Assembly (NCBI GenBank): GCA_037439445.1
Contig: JBBIWB010000011.1
Location: 6,671 to 70,670, forward strand
Direction of reading: 5' to 3'
Source of the DNA: Desulfobacteraceae bacterium
Lineage (GTDB): Bacteria > Desulfobacterota > Desulfobacteria > Desulfobacterales > Desulfatirhabdiaceae
Length of the DNA: 64,000 nt
How positions within the stretch are numbered: the stretch's first letter is position 1; every line of letters starts with the position of its first letter. Under the pieces are notes generated by a model. The model was given only the letters and a program-made list of their open reading frames with translations, was not told where the DNA came from and did no database searches. A program made the translations under genes and the position numbers. Below, piece after piece: positions 39,195 to 47,430 of this stretch.

Positions 39195-39598
39195 GGCTGC
39201 AGCAGGACAGACGATCGCTGGATCGGTTTTTTGATCCCGGAGGAAAGTCCGAACACCACAGGGCAGGGTGCTCCTTAACGAGGAGTCGTGGCAACGCGAA
39301 GGAAAGTGCAACAGAAAATATACCGCTTTTTCATTCCGGTCCAGAAAGACCAGAATGAAAAAGTAAGGGTGAAATGGTGCGGTAAGAGCGCACCAGTTCT
39401 CCGGGTGACCGGAGAAGCTTGGTAAACCCCACCTGGTGCAAGACCAAATAGGGGAGCGTTTTAAGGCTGCCCGTCTTAAGCTCCCGGGTAGGTCGCAAGA
39501 GGCGTACTGGCAACAGTCGCCCTCAGATGAATGATCGTCACCCATATACCAGGTAACTGGTTATGGCTACAGAATTCGGCTTACGGACTGCTTCGGCC
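39195..39598 (+). ncRNA. rnpB: RNase P RNA, bacterial type A
   Basis: Conserved blocks GAGGAAAGTCCGAAC, AGGGCAGGGTGC, AGTGCAACAGAAA, GTAAGGGTGAAA-GGTGCGGTAAGAGCGCACC, GCAAGACCAAATAGGGG, AGATGAATGA and ACAGAATTCGGCTTA are collinear with E. coli M1 RNA. P1 pairing runs CTGCAGCAG (39197-39205) with CTGCTTCGG (39588-39596). The ends are approximate. Confidence 0.9.
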
Positions 39599-39696
39599 AT
39601 TAATTTTACCGTTAAAATGCATCGAGGCCTGTAGTGGCAGGTCTTAGCAATACTTTTTCTGCCTTGTGCCATAATTTATAAAAAGGATATACAGTC

Positions 39697-40455
39697 ATGT
39701 TGTTGATAGAAGAACTCAGGGTTGAAGTAGGTGGAAAACCTATCCTGAAAAATGTTAACATGCATATTCCTGAAGGTGAAACTCATATTCTGTTTGGTCC
39801 GAACGGCTCTGGTAAAACCAGCCTAATGATGACACTTATGGGTTTTTCAGGATATAAGGTTACTCATGGGAAGATTACTTTTAAAGGTGAAGATATCACC
39901 TATCTCCCAATTCATGAGAGAGCAAGGTTGGGAATAGGTATATCTTTCCAGAGACCTCCTACAATAAATGGACTCAAGACCCGTTCCATGGTCGAAATCT
40001 GTGCCGGCAACCGCATGGTGGATGTTGATGCCCTGTCTGCACAACTTAATTTCAGAGATTTCCTGGAAAGAGACGTTAACCATCATTTTTCAGGTGGTGA
40101 GATAAAGCGATCCGAACTCTTGCAGCTCATTGCCCAGCAGCCCGATCTTGTCCTTCTGGACGAACCTGAATCAGGAGTAGACCTTGAAAGTATAGTAATG
40201 CTGGGAGATACCATAAACAATCTTCTAAGAAGAGGAATCAAACGCCCTAGCCTAAAACCCCATATAGAGATTGTGCAAGACAGATCAAAGTCAGCGCTTG
40301 TCATTACACATACAGGCCATATTCTGGACTACATAAATGCTGACAAGGGACAAGTACTCTATAACGGTGTATTATGCTGTTCACGAAATGCCAGGGAAAT
40401 CTTGAAATGGATACGCGAATATGGATATGAGGAGTGTGTAAGATGTCAGATGTAA
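39697..40455 (+). CDS. sufC: Fe-S cluster assembly ATPase SufC
   Basis: ABC ATPase with GPNGSGKTSL, an FSGGEIKR signature and LLDEPESGVD. Followed by a SufB/D gene. Confidence 0.9.
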   Translation: MLLIEELRVEVGGKPILKNVNMHIPEGETHILFGPNGSGKTSLMMTLMGFSGYKVTHGKITFKGEDITYLPIHERARLGIGISFQRPPTINGLKTRSMVEICAGNRMVDVDALSAQLNFRDFLERDVNHHFSGGEIKRSELLQLIAQQPDLVLLDEPESGVDLESIVMLGDTINNLLRRGIKRPSLKPHIEIVQDRSKSALVITHTGHILDYINADKGQVLYNGVLCCSRNAREILKWIREYGYEECVRCQM

Positions 40456-41618
40456 TTCAGATCAATGACCTTAACCTTGATGCTTATAAAGACGATACAG
40501 TTCCTCATGAATATGTCAGCGAATTGAACTGGATAGATTCTAAGGATGCCAGACAATTCTTGAATGTTGGAGTCGATCCTTCAGAAATCGGACGTAGTGG
40601 TTCATTCATACAAAAAGACAAATCCGTGATTCATTGCAAATCTTGTGAACCAGGGGTTGAAATCATGGGAATATCTCAGGCTCAGGCCCAACATGAATGG
40701 CTTGAAGACTACATATGGAAAAACGTTTCTCCTGAAACGGATTTATTTACAAACAGGGTGAAAGAAACCCCCCATGAAGGATATTTTATTCGTTCTCTTC
40801 CAGGAGTAAAATCCGCTAAACCAGTTCAGGCATGTTTGTACATTGCCAGTGATAAATTTTCCCAGCACGTTCACAACATAGTAATTGCAGAGGAAAATTC
40901 AGAACTGCACATCATCACAGGATGCGCAACAGCGCCTCATCTTGTTTCAGGGCTTCATGTAGGGGTTTCAGAGTTTTATATAAAAAAAGGGGCAAAGCTT
41001 ACATTTACAATGATTCACGACTGGGGAGAAAAAATAAATGTTCGTCCCAGAACAGTTACAAGAGTGGCAGAAGGTGGAACCATAATTTCAAATTATATTT
41101 CATTGAGACCGGTAGGATCTCTTCAGATGTTTCCAACCACCCATCTTGAAGGACAAGGAGCTGTTGCAAGATATAACAGCATTCTGGTGGCAAGCAAGGG
41201 CAGCCATCTGGATGTAGGTTCACGTGTAATATTAGGTGCCCCGGGAACCAGGGCTGAAATCATTTCCCGCGGGATTACAACAGGGGGTACAATAATCGCC
41301 AGAGGTGATTTGATAGGAAAAATTGCCGGTGTCAAGGCGCATCTCGAGTGCAAGGGACTCATATTGAACAATGGTCTAATGAAGGCTATACCAGAGCTTT
41401 CAGGTTATGTTCCAGGTGTTGAAATGTCTCATGAGGCTGCTGTCGGAAAAATTGACAGGAGGGAGATTGAGTATTTAATGGCCAGGGGCTTAGATGAAGA
41501 ATCTGCGGTATCCACCATTGTTCGGGGTTTCCTGAGTGTTGATATAGAAGGGTTACCTCCTGCCTTGAAAGAAAAACTGGATCAAACTGTTGCAGAAACG
41601 CAGAAAGACATGATGTGA
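40443..41618 (+). CDS. SufB/SufD-family Fe-S cluster assembly scaffold protein
   Basis: Beta-helix SufBD core (…GAKLTFTMIHDWG…, …RAEIISRGIT…GD…, …HEAAVGKIDRREIEYLMARGLDEE.A…). The ATG at 40443 overlaps the end of sufC. Confidence 0.85.
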   Translation: MSDVIQINDLNLDAYKDDTVPHEYVSELNWIDSKDARQFLNVGVDPSEIGRSGSFIQKDKSVIHCKSCEPGVEIMGISQAQAQHEWLEDYIWKNVSPETDLFTNRVKETPHEGYFIRSLPGVKSAKPVQACLYIASDKFSQHVHNIVIAEENSELHIITGCATAPHLVSGLHVGVSEFYIKKGAKLTFTMIHDWGEKINVRPRTVTRVAEGGTIISNYISLRPVGSLQMFPTTHLEGQGAVARYNSILVASKGSHLDVGSRVILGAPGTRAEIISRGITTGGTIIARGDLIGKIAGVKAHLECKGLILNNGLMKAIPELSGYVPGVEMSHEAAVGKIDRREIEYLMARGLDEESAVSTIVRGFLSVDIEGLPPALKEKLDQTVAETQKDMM

Positions 41619-41674
41619 TTGCATCATAGTTTTGATGGCCTACGAGACCATCATAAGCTGAGAGGAGTCAATTT

Positions 41675-43000
41675 TTGACAATGGAGTTTATTGAATTGAA
41701 ACCTGTTTCGTGTAATATCTCGTTTGTAGAACATGCCGAGATTTTTTCACATGATCTTCTCAAATGCTGTCTTTATATCAGAGATTTTTCACCAGGTCAG
41801 AATATTTTCAATAAAATGCTGTATTCTAAGCTTTCATATACAACAAAACTGTTTGAAGATTTTCTTGATTTCCACGGAGCGAAAAACAATAAGAACTGGT
41901 ATTATCTGCGTGAGCTAATAGCTACTGTAATACATCTTAGCTCCGGAAGTTATTCACAGCAGCACATTTTAAGCCGCTTGGTGATTTATGGGCTTGAAGA
42001 TGAGGCTGAATTCAAGAAACAAGGAGAGATTACTCTTGATTTTCTAAACTCCGTGCTGATGAAAATTACTTCTTTAATTCTTGAAGAAGCACAGAGGCTT
42101 TCTATCCCTATACCTGAAAAAGGCTATGATCCTTCATATTTTTCACGACTCAGTATCTGTGAAATGCTGGAATCTGATATAGATGACAAAGACAGCGACC
42201 AGCAGAAACAACACATTGTAAAAATTGCTAGTGAGTTTTTGAGAATTTCAGAGAGTTTCGACCAGTTAGGATTTTACGAACCTTATAAAATCAATGAGAT
42301 ACTGGCTATAGTTCCAAAAAAAGTCAATGAAGTTGAAATCCGACATTTCGAGATGCTTGTACATAATCTTCAGTCTTCATTTGATTCTTATGTAATTCAT
42401 GGCGGGTACAGGTTTGGAAAGAAAAAACTGAAAGACCTGCGTGGACATTTTTCTGTTGTATTTCACCTTCTCCAGATGACAGGAAGACTTCTTCATCTTT
42501 ATGAAAGACATCTTCATGAAGCAAGCTATAAAAATACGTATAAACAGGTTCAGGAAAGGCTTGCATCAGTTGTTGATACTGAAAAACTGCTTGATGGGAC
42601 GATAAATTACTGTCTTTTTTATGCTTGCCATTTTTTAAATAACGGGAAAAAACTGGCAAAGGATATTCTGAATGAAAACATAGATCGCTCCTCAATAAAG
42701 GTTGGGATACCTGTAGCATTGGGATTTCATTCCAGGCCAAGTCTTCTTGTTGCAAGAATTGTGCAGCATTATGGTGGCCAGGTTGAACTTTGCATAGGCA
42801 GTGACAGATTCGATGCCGGCAGTGTACTAGATATTCAATGGGCAGGTGGTAAAATTCACAAAGAGAACATTACAGAGGTGACTTTCGAAGGAGACACAAG
42901 AGCCCTATGTGATATTAAAATTCTGGCTAGTGTCAATTATGGGGAAGATACGATGGGAAAAGGCGTTCCCCTGCCGATGGAACTGAAATATTTGAGATGA
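41675..43000 (+). CDS. Uncharacterised ~340-aa helical domain fused to a C-terminal HPr (PTS phosphocarrier) domain
   Basis: The C-terminal ~90 aa match the HPr fold: GFHSRPSLLVARIV (His-15-type site) and DAGSVLDIQ (Ser-46-type site). I do not recognise a family for the N-terminal part. The TTG start lies 7 nt after GAGGAG. Confidence 0.7.
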   Translation: MTMEFIELKPVSCNISFVEHAEIFSHDLLKCCLYIRDFSPGQNIFNKMLYSKLSYTTKLFEDFLDFHGAKNNKNWYYLRELIATVIHLSSGSYSQQHILSRLVIYGLEDEAEFKKQGEITLDFLNSVLMKITSLILEEAQRLSIPIPEKGYDPSYFSRLSICEMLESDIDDKDSDQQKQHIVKIASEFLRISESFDQLGFYEPYKINEILAIVPKKVNEVEIRHFEMLVHNLQSSFDSYVIHGGYRFGKKKLKDLRGHFSVVFHLLQMTGRLLHLYERHLHEASYKNTYKQVQERLASVVDTEKLLDGTINYCLFYACHFLNNGKKLAKDILNENIDRSSIKVGIPVALGFHSRPSLLVARIVQHYGGQVELCIGSDRFDAGSVLDIQWAGGKIHKENITEVTFEGDTRALCDIKILASVNYGEDTMGKGVPLPMELKYLR

Positions 43001-43060
43001 TGATTCCATTGGCAGGGCTGTCTCTTTTTTTGTGCCTGCCAGATCGAAAGTCAGTACAAT

Positions 43061-43765
43061 ATGTCTGTTTCAGCTATCATAGTTGCAGGTGGAAAAGGTT
43101 TCCGGATGGGCTCTGCCGTCAGCAAGCAATATATTGTGATTGCAGGCAAGCCTATTTTGCACCATACACTTGAAATATTCGATTCCTGTTCCTGTATTGA
43201 TGATATTTTTGTGGTTCTTCCTGCAGAAGACATGAACTGTTTTGAAAGACTCATTCCTCAAAAAACATTCAACAAAAAAATCCATCCTGTCAAGGGAGGG
43301 AAGGAGCGTCAAGATTCTGTTTATAACGGGATAATGGCAGTTCCTTACAAGAAATCACATGTAGTGATCCATGATGCAGTGCGACCTTTTGTAAGCCCTG
43401 GCATCATAACTGAATGTGTAAACAACGCTATCATTTCAGGAGCTTGTGTTGTCGGAGTCCCTGCTGTGGATACATTAAAACAGGTAAGTACTGCCGGTCA
43501 TATAGTCAATACAATCGATAGGGGCAGTATTTGGATGGCTCAAACCCCCCAGGTTTTTGATATTGACCTCATAAGGTATGCACATGAGAAGGCAAAAGAA
43601 GATAATGTTGCAGGAACAGATGATGCCATGCTGGTTGAGAGGATAGGCCGCAAAGTTAATATAATAGCAGGTACGAGATTAAATTTAAAAATTACAACAC
43701 CTGAAGATATATTATTTGCAGAGGCTTTATTTAAGAATCTTGAAAAAGCGAGGTCTCATTCATGA
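43061..43765 (+). CDS. ispD: 2-C-methyl-D-erythritol 4-phosphate cytidylyltransferase
   Basis: Contains IIVAGGKGFRMG..SKQY, VHDAVRPF, Q(T)PQ.F and TDDA motifs. Confidence 0.9.
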   Translation: MSVSAIIVAGGKGFRMGSAVSKQYIVIAGKPILHHTLEIFDSCSCIDDIFVVLPAEDMNCFERLIPQKTFNKKIHPVKGGKERQDSVYNGIMAVPYKKSHVVIHDAVRPFVSPGIITECVNNAIISGACVVGVPAVDTLKQVSTAGHIVNTIDRGSIWMAQTPQVFDIDLIRYAHEKAKEDNVAGTDDAMLVERIGRKVNIIAGTRLNLKITTPEDILFAEALFKNLEKARSHS

Positions 43766-45378
43766 ATCATACTGATATCAACCCGGACTCAAAGCAGCAA
43801 GACGATTTTATCAAAGACCTGAAAGCAACATTTGCAAAGATGCCAAATGATATCGATCTTATGCTATTTACCCAACAAGGCAGAGACGATGTGTTTGCAG
43901 AAGGTTGCAGGCAGATTGTAAGGGCTTTTCGGGAGCTGACGAATAGAATTCATTTCCGGGAATACGGCATGGATCATGAGATGGCGGTAAAATGGGAAAT
44001 TGAACACTCTCCAACCCTTCTGATAGCTCCTGAAAGATACAATATAAGGTGGATAGGCGCTCCGCTTGGTGAAGAAGTCAGAACATTTCTTGAAATCATG
44101 TTGATGGCAGGCTCAGGTAACAGCAATCTAAGCGATCAGTCCAGAAGAGTGCTGGAAAAGATTGATTCACCCCGTCAGATCAAGGTATTTGTTAGCCCGA
44201 CATGCCCTTATTGTCCTCAGGAAGCTGTTAATGCAGCAAGGGCTGTGATTGAAAAGCCCGGTCTCTTTTCTCTTGAAATCATAGATATACAGTGCAAACC
44301 TGAAATAGCAAGCCGGTATTCGGCAGAAAGTGTTCCACAGGCTTTTGCAAATGATGTACTGATAGGTTTGGGGGCTCAGCCTGAAGAAGTATTTGCGATA
44401 TCACTTGGCAAACTGGAGCCTCAGACGATATTTATTCCTGACAGCGATGCTGAGCTTGTTGAAGCTGATCTTCTCATCGCAGGAGGAGGGCCTGCAGGGC
44501 TTACTGCTGGAATTTATGCAGTAAGAAGTGGACTTAGTACTGTAATAATTGAACGCAATGCCCTTGGAGGGCAGGTGGCAACAACCCCTGTTGTTGAAAA
44601 CTACCCCGGATTCAAGCAGATCCCTGGGAAGACCCTTGTCGATATAATGGTTTCCCATGCTATTCAATATGTTCAGATTTTTCAGGGGGAAGAAGTCCTT
44701 GATGTTGTAATCGGCAAGCCTTTTGAAGTTATCACAAGCAGGCGACGGTTCAGGGTCAAGAGCATTCTTCTTGCAACAGGAGCAAACCATAAGCATTTGA
44801 ATGTTCCTGGTGAATCAAGGCTTTCAGGCAGAGGTGTAAGCTATTGCAGCACCTGCGATGGACCGCTTTTCAAGAACAGAAGGGTTGTAATGGTAGGAGG
44901 TGGAAACTCTGCAGTAACAGAAGCTCTTCACCTACACAATATGGGTGTCAAGGTAACTCTTGTCCACCGCAGAGACAGACTGCGTGCCCAGGATTTTCTG
45001 GTAAAACAGCTTGAATCAAGCGGTATTCCAGTTTTATTGAATTCTGAAATATCGGAAATTCTGGGTAAGAACAGGGTGGAGTCTGTAAAGCTGAGAAATA
45101 CTCTGGATAATAAGAGCTCTGATTTTTCAGTCGAAGGTGTTTTTATTGCTATAGGGTATGAACCTAGTGTTGATCTTGCCAGAAAAATCGGTGTTGCACT
45201 TACTCCTGATGGCTTTATTGAAAAGGATGAAAAGCATAGAACGAGTATTGCAGGAATCTATTCTGCAGGAGATGTTGAAGGAGGATACAAGCAGATAGTG
45301 ACTGCGGCAGGCCAGGGTTCAGAAGCAGCCATGTCCATTTTCGAGGATATAATTAATCCTTACTGGAACAGGGGCTGA
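43762..45378 (+). CDS. AhpF-like fusion: double thioredoxin-fold (PDO/glutaredoxin-like, CPYC) N-domain plus thioredoxin-disulfide reductase
   Basis: N-domain FVSPTCPYCPQ. The flavoprotein part has IAGGGPAGLTAG, the redox CSTCDG, GGGNSAVTEA and GDV motifs. 4-nt overlap with ispD. Confidence 0.85.
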   Translation: MNHTDINPDSKQQDDFIKDLKATFAKMPNDIDLMLFTQQGRDDVFAEGCRQIVRAFRELTNRIHFREYGMDHEMAVKWEIEHSPTLLIAPERYNIRWIGAPLGEEVRTFLEIMLMAGSGNSNLSDQSRRVLEKIDSPRQIKVFVSPTCPYCPQEAVNAARAVIEKPGLFSLEIIDIQCKPEIASRYSAESVPQAFANDVLIGLGAQPEEVFAISLGKLEPQTIFIPDSDAELVEADLLIAGGGPAGLTAGIYAVRSGLSTVIIERNALGGQVATTPVVENYPGFKQIPGKTLVDIMVSHAIQYVQIFQGEEVLDVVIGKPFEVITSRRRFRVKSILLATGANHKHLNVPGESRLSGRGVSYCSTCDGPLFKNRRVVMVGGGNSAVTEALHLHNMGVKVTLVHRRDRLRAQDFLVKQLESSGIPVLLNSEISEILGKNRVESVKLRNTLDNKSSDFSVEGVFIAIGYEPSVDLARKIGVALTPDGFIEKDEKHRTSIAGIYSAGDVEGGYKQIVTAAGQGSEAAMSIFEDIINPYWNRG

Positions 45379-45458
45379 AATATTTTTGTGTTCTGTATGG
45401 TAACTGTTTTCAATTTTTTTATGAGCTAATCAATTTTATAATAACAAAGGAAAATATT

Positions 45459-45800
45459 GTGAGAAAAAGATTAAGGAAGAAACTGAATCTAGGAGAATTT
45501 AAGGAAACAGGTTTTGAGCTAACATGGAAATTTATTCAGGAACCTGAAGAACTTGATCTTGACAAGTTTATCGATGATTTTCTTGCTGCAATAGAAAACA
45601 GAGGGCTTGCCTTCGGAGGTGTTTTTTCCGTTGACGATTCCTGGCAGGGCATCATAGCAAGCAGCAAGAGGTATTCCTGTCCTGATGCCTCTGATAAGGA
45701 GTTTGTTTCAGATTGGTTTAAATCAAGAACAGACATCAAGGATTTTTTTATAAGCCATGACATCGATTTATGGTATCAATGCGAATGTTGTTCTGACTGA
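45459..45800 (+). CDS. yggL: YggL-family (DUF469) protein
   Basis: The N-terminus RKRLRKKLNLGEFKETGFEL and the ~113-aa size are typical of YggL. GTG start 7 nt after AAAGGA. Confidence 0.65.
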   Translation: MRKRLRKKLNLGEFKETGFELTWKFIQEPEELDLDKFIDDFLAAIENRGLAFGGVFSVDDSWQGIIASSKRYSCPDASDKEFVSDWFKSRTDIKDFFISHDIDLWYQCECCSD

Positions 45801-46704
45801 TGTATTTCCCTATGAGAAGATTAAGTTTTTGATGAGTTGCGGCAGATATCGCCCCATGGTCGGTTACAAGGGCTGGAGCCAAAGCGCAGGCGCAGGCGCA
45901 ATAGCGCTTTGGGGGCACCCTTCCGGCAGTTAAAAGTATTGCTTTTTTTGCAAAATCTATATTATTGCGCATTGTCGTTAAAATAGCTTCGACAGTCACA
46001 GTCTCATTGGTCTCATGCCAGCTATCGTAATCGGAAATGCAGGCTATGGAAGCGTAGCAGATTTCAGCCTCACGTGCAAGTTTGGCTTCAGGCAGCACTG
46101 TCATGCCTAAGACATCGGCACCCCAGGACTTGTAAAGACGCGATTCAGCCCTGGTTGAAAAGGCCGGGCCTTCCATCGCGATGAAGGTGCCGCCCTTATG
46201 GACTGTAGCTCCTGCCTCCTTGGCCGTCGCGTAGACTATATCACTTAGCACTTGACAGAATGGGTCTGCAAACTGGATATGGGCTACGATGTCGCCTCCA
46301 AAAAAGGTGCTGGCGCGCTGGCGGGTGCGATCTATAATCTGGTTGGGCACTATGAGGTGACCTGGCTTCAGCTCTTCTTTGAAGCTGCCGCAAGAGTTGG
46401 ATGAGATGATAAATTCCACGCCGAGCGCTTTCATTGCATATATATTGGCGCGGTAGGGCACATCAGCAGGTGAGAGGCTGTGGCCTTTGCCGTGGCGTGG
46501 TAGAAAAGCTATACCTACTCCGCCTGTCTTTCCTACCACTAAGGCATCTGATGGTTTCCCAAATGGTGTATAAGGCCTGATCTCTTTAACATCCATGAGG
46601 CCTTCGATATCATAGAGCCCTGTTCCGCCGATAATCCCGATTCTGACCTGACCATCCAGAGACTCTTCATAACTCTGGTTTACTTGCTGAGCTTCTATTT
46701 CCAT
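45748..46704 (-). CDS. mtnP: S-methyl-5'-thioadenosine phosphorylase
   Basis: Contains IGIIGGTGLY, FLPRHG.GH, SVGS-like (SNSCGS), GPAFST.AES..Y and GMT..PEA.LARE. Confidence 0.85.
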   Translation of the reverse strand: MEIEAQQVNQSYEESLDGQVRIGIIGGTGLYDIEGLMDVKEIRPYTPFGKPSDALVVGKTGGVGIAFLPRHGKGHSLSPADVPYRANIYAMKALGVEFIISSNSCGSFKEELKPGHLIVPNQIIDRTRQRASTFFGGDIVAHIQFADPFCQVLSDIVYATAKEAGATVHKGGTFIAMEGPAFSTRAESRLYKSWGADVLGMTVLPEAKLAREAEICYASIACISDYDSWHETNETVTVEAILTTMRNNIDFAKKAILLTAGRVPPKRYCACACALAPALVTDHGAISAATHQKLNLLIGKYISQNNIRIDTINRCHGL

Positions 46705-46837
46705 AACTGCTGTATCCTTGATTTCAAACTAGTGTCTATCTTCTTCCTGCCTGCCTAACTATGACAAAATAAAAAAGTATGGGCAATTTTCTGAATCACC
46801 ATGGATAACTTGGTGAGAAAATCCATTTCCATTTTGT

Positions 46838-47359
46838 TCAGGTTTCCTGATGAATCTTCTGCATCCTGATCCCGGAATAAACAGCCCTGCAAATACCGCT
46901 TACACCGCCTTTGAGTCCTTCAGGGTTTTTGAAACCCTCGCTGCTCTGCAGGCTTGCCATGTAAGCAGTGGAGTCCTGAAGGTTCTCATAAGTCATACCG
47001 GCATGACCTCTGGGAGTTATTGCAAAAAGCCAGCCCCTGCTGTAAGTATCCTTGTTGATTAGCTCAGTATCTGCTCTGACTTCTGCATTGAAGTGAATGA
47101 CACCTTGAACAGGGGCATCAATGTAGAGAATCTTGCCAGTGATGGCAAAGAGTATGCACTGGTTCTGCTCAACAGTTTCTCCTTCTTCAGTAAGAAAGTT
47201 AAGTTCTTGAACTCCACCGGAAAGAACAATCGCAGGTTCGGAAAGACCAAAGAAGATGGCTTTCTTGTCCAGTCTTGCCCATAGTCCATGTTTTAATGAA
47301 TAACGGAGATTATCAGGGATAGTCACCCGATGCCCAAGAAATTTATCAATTACTGCCAT
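46838..47359 (-). CDS. GcvH-like (lipoyl/biotinyl hybrid-barrel) protein with ~45-aa C-terminal extension
   Basis: LRYSLKHGLWARLD...FFGLSEPAIVLSGGVQELNF...GETVEQNQCILFAITGKILYIDAPVQG follows the GcvH pattern (Y...HEW....VGIT..A...G.I...LP..G......VES.K....YAP.SG). AAGGAG RBS. Confidence 0.65.
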   Translation of the reverse strand: MAVIDKFLGHRVTIPDNLRYSLKHGLWARLDKKAIFFGLSEPAIVLSGGVQELNFLTEEGETVEQNQCILFAITGKILYIDAPVQGVIHFNAEVRADTELINKDTYSRGWLFAITPRGHAGMTYENLQDSTAYMASLQSSEGFKNPEGLKGGVSGICRAVYSGIRMQKIHQET

Positions 47360-47430
47360 TGCTTCTCCTTTAGTGCTAACCTCGGTTTTTTGACTATTTT
47401 AGGAATAAAAAACGAAGAAACAAAAGTCTT

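Noticed and set aside
38880-39545. A 221-aa minus-strand ORF, plus the smaller ORFs 39134..39358 (+) and 39331..39513 (-).
   Set aside because: They lie entirely over the RNase P RNA gene and the 3' end of the zinc-ribbon gene. The sequence is explained by conserved rnpB blocks, and the translated products have no recognisable protein features.
39635-39649. A sigma-54-like element, TGGCAG-GTCTT-AGCA, upstream of sufC.
   Set aside because: The GG-to-GC spacing is 9 nt rather than the required 10, and the -12 region is AGCA rather than TTGC. This is probably chance.
43010-43041. The inverted repeat TGGCAGGC ... GCCTGCCA after the HPr-fusion gene, considered as a possible terminator.
   Set aside because: It forms an 8-bp stem but has a 15-16-nt loop and no trailing T-tract on the plus strand. 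I did not call it a terminator.
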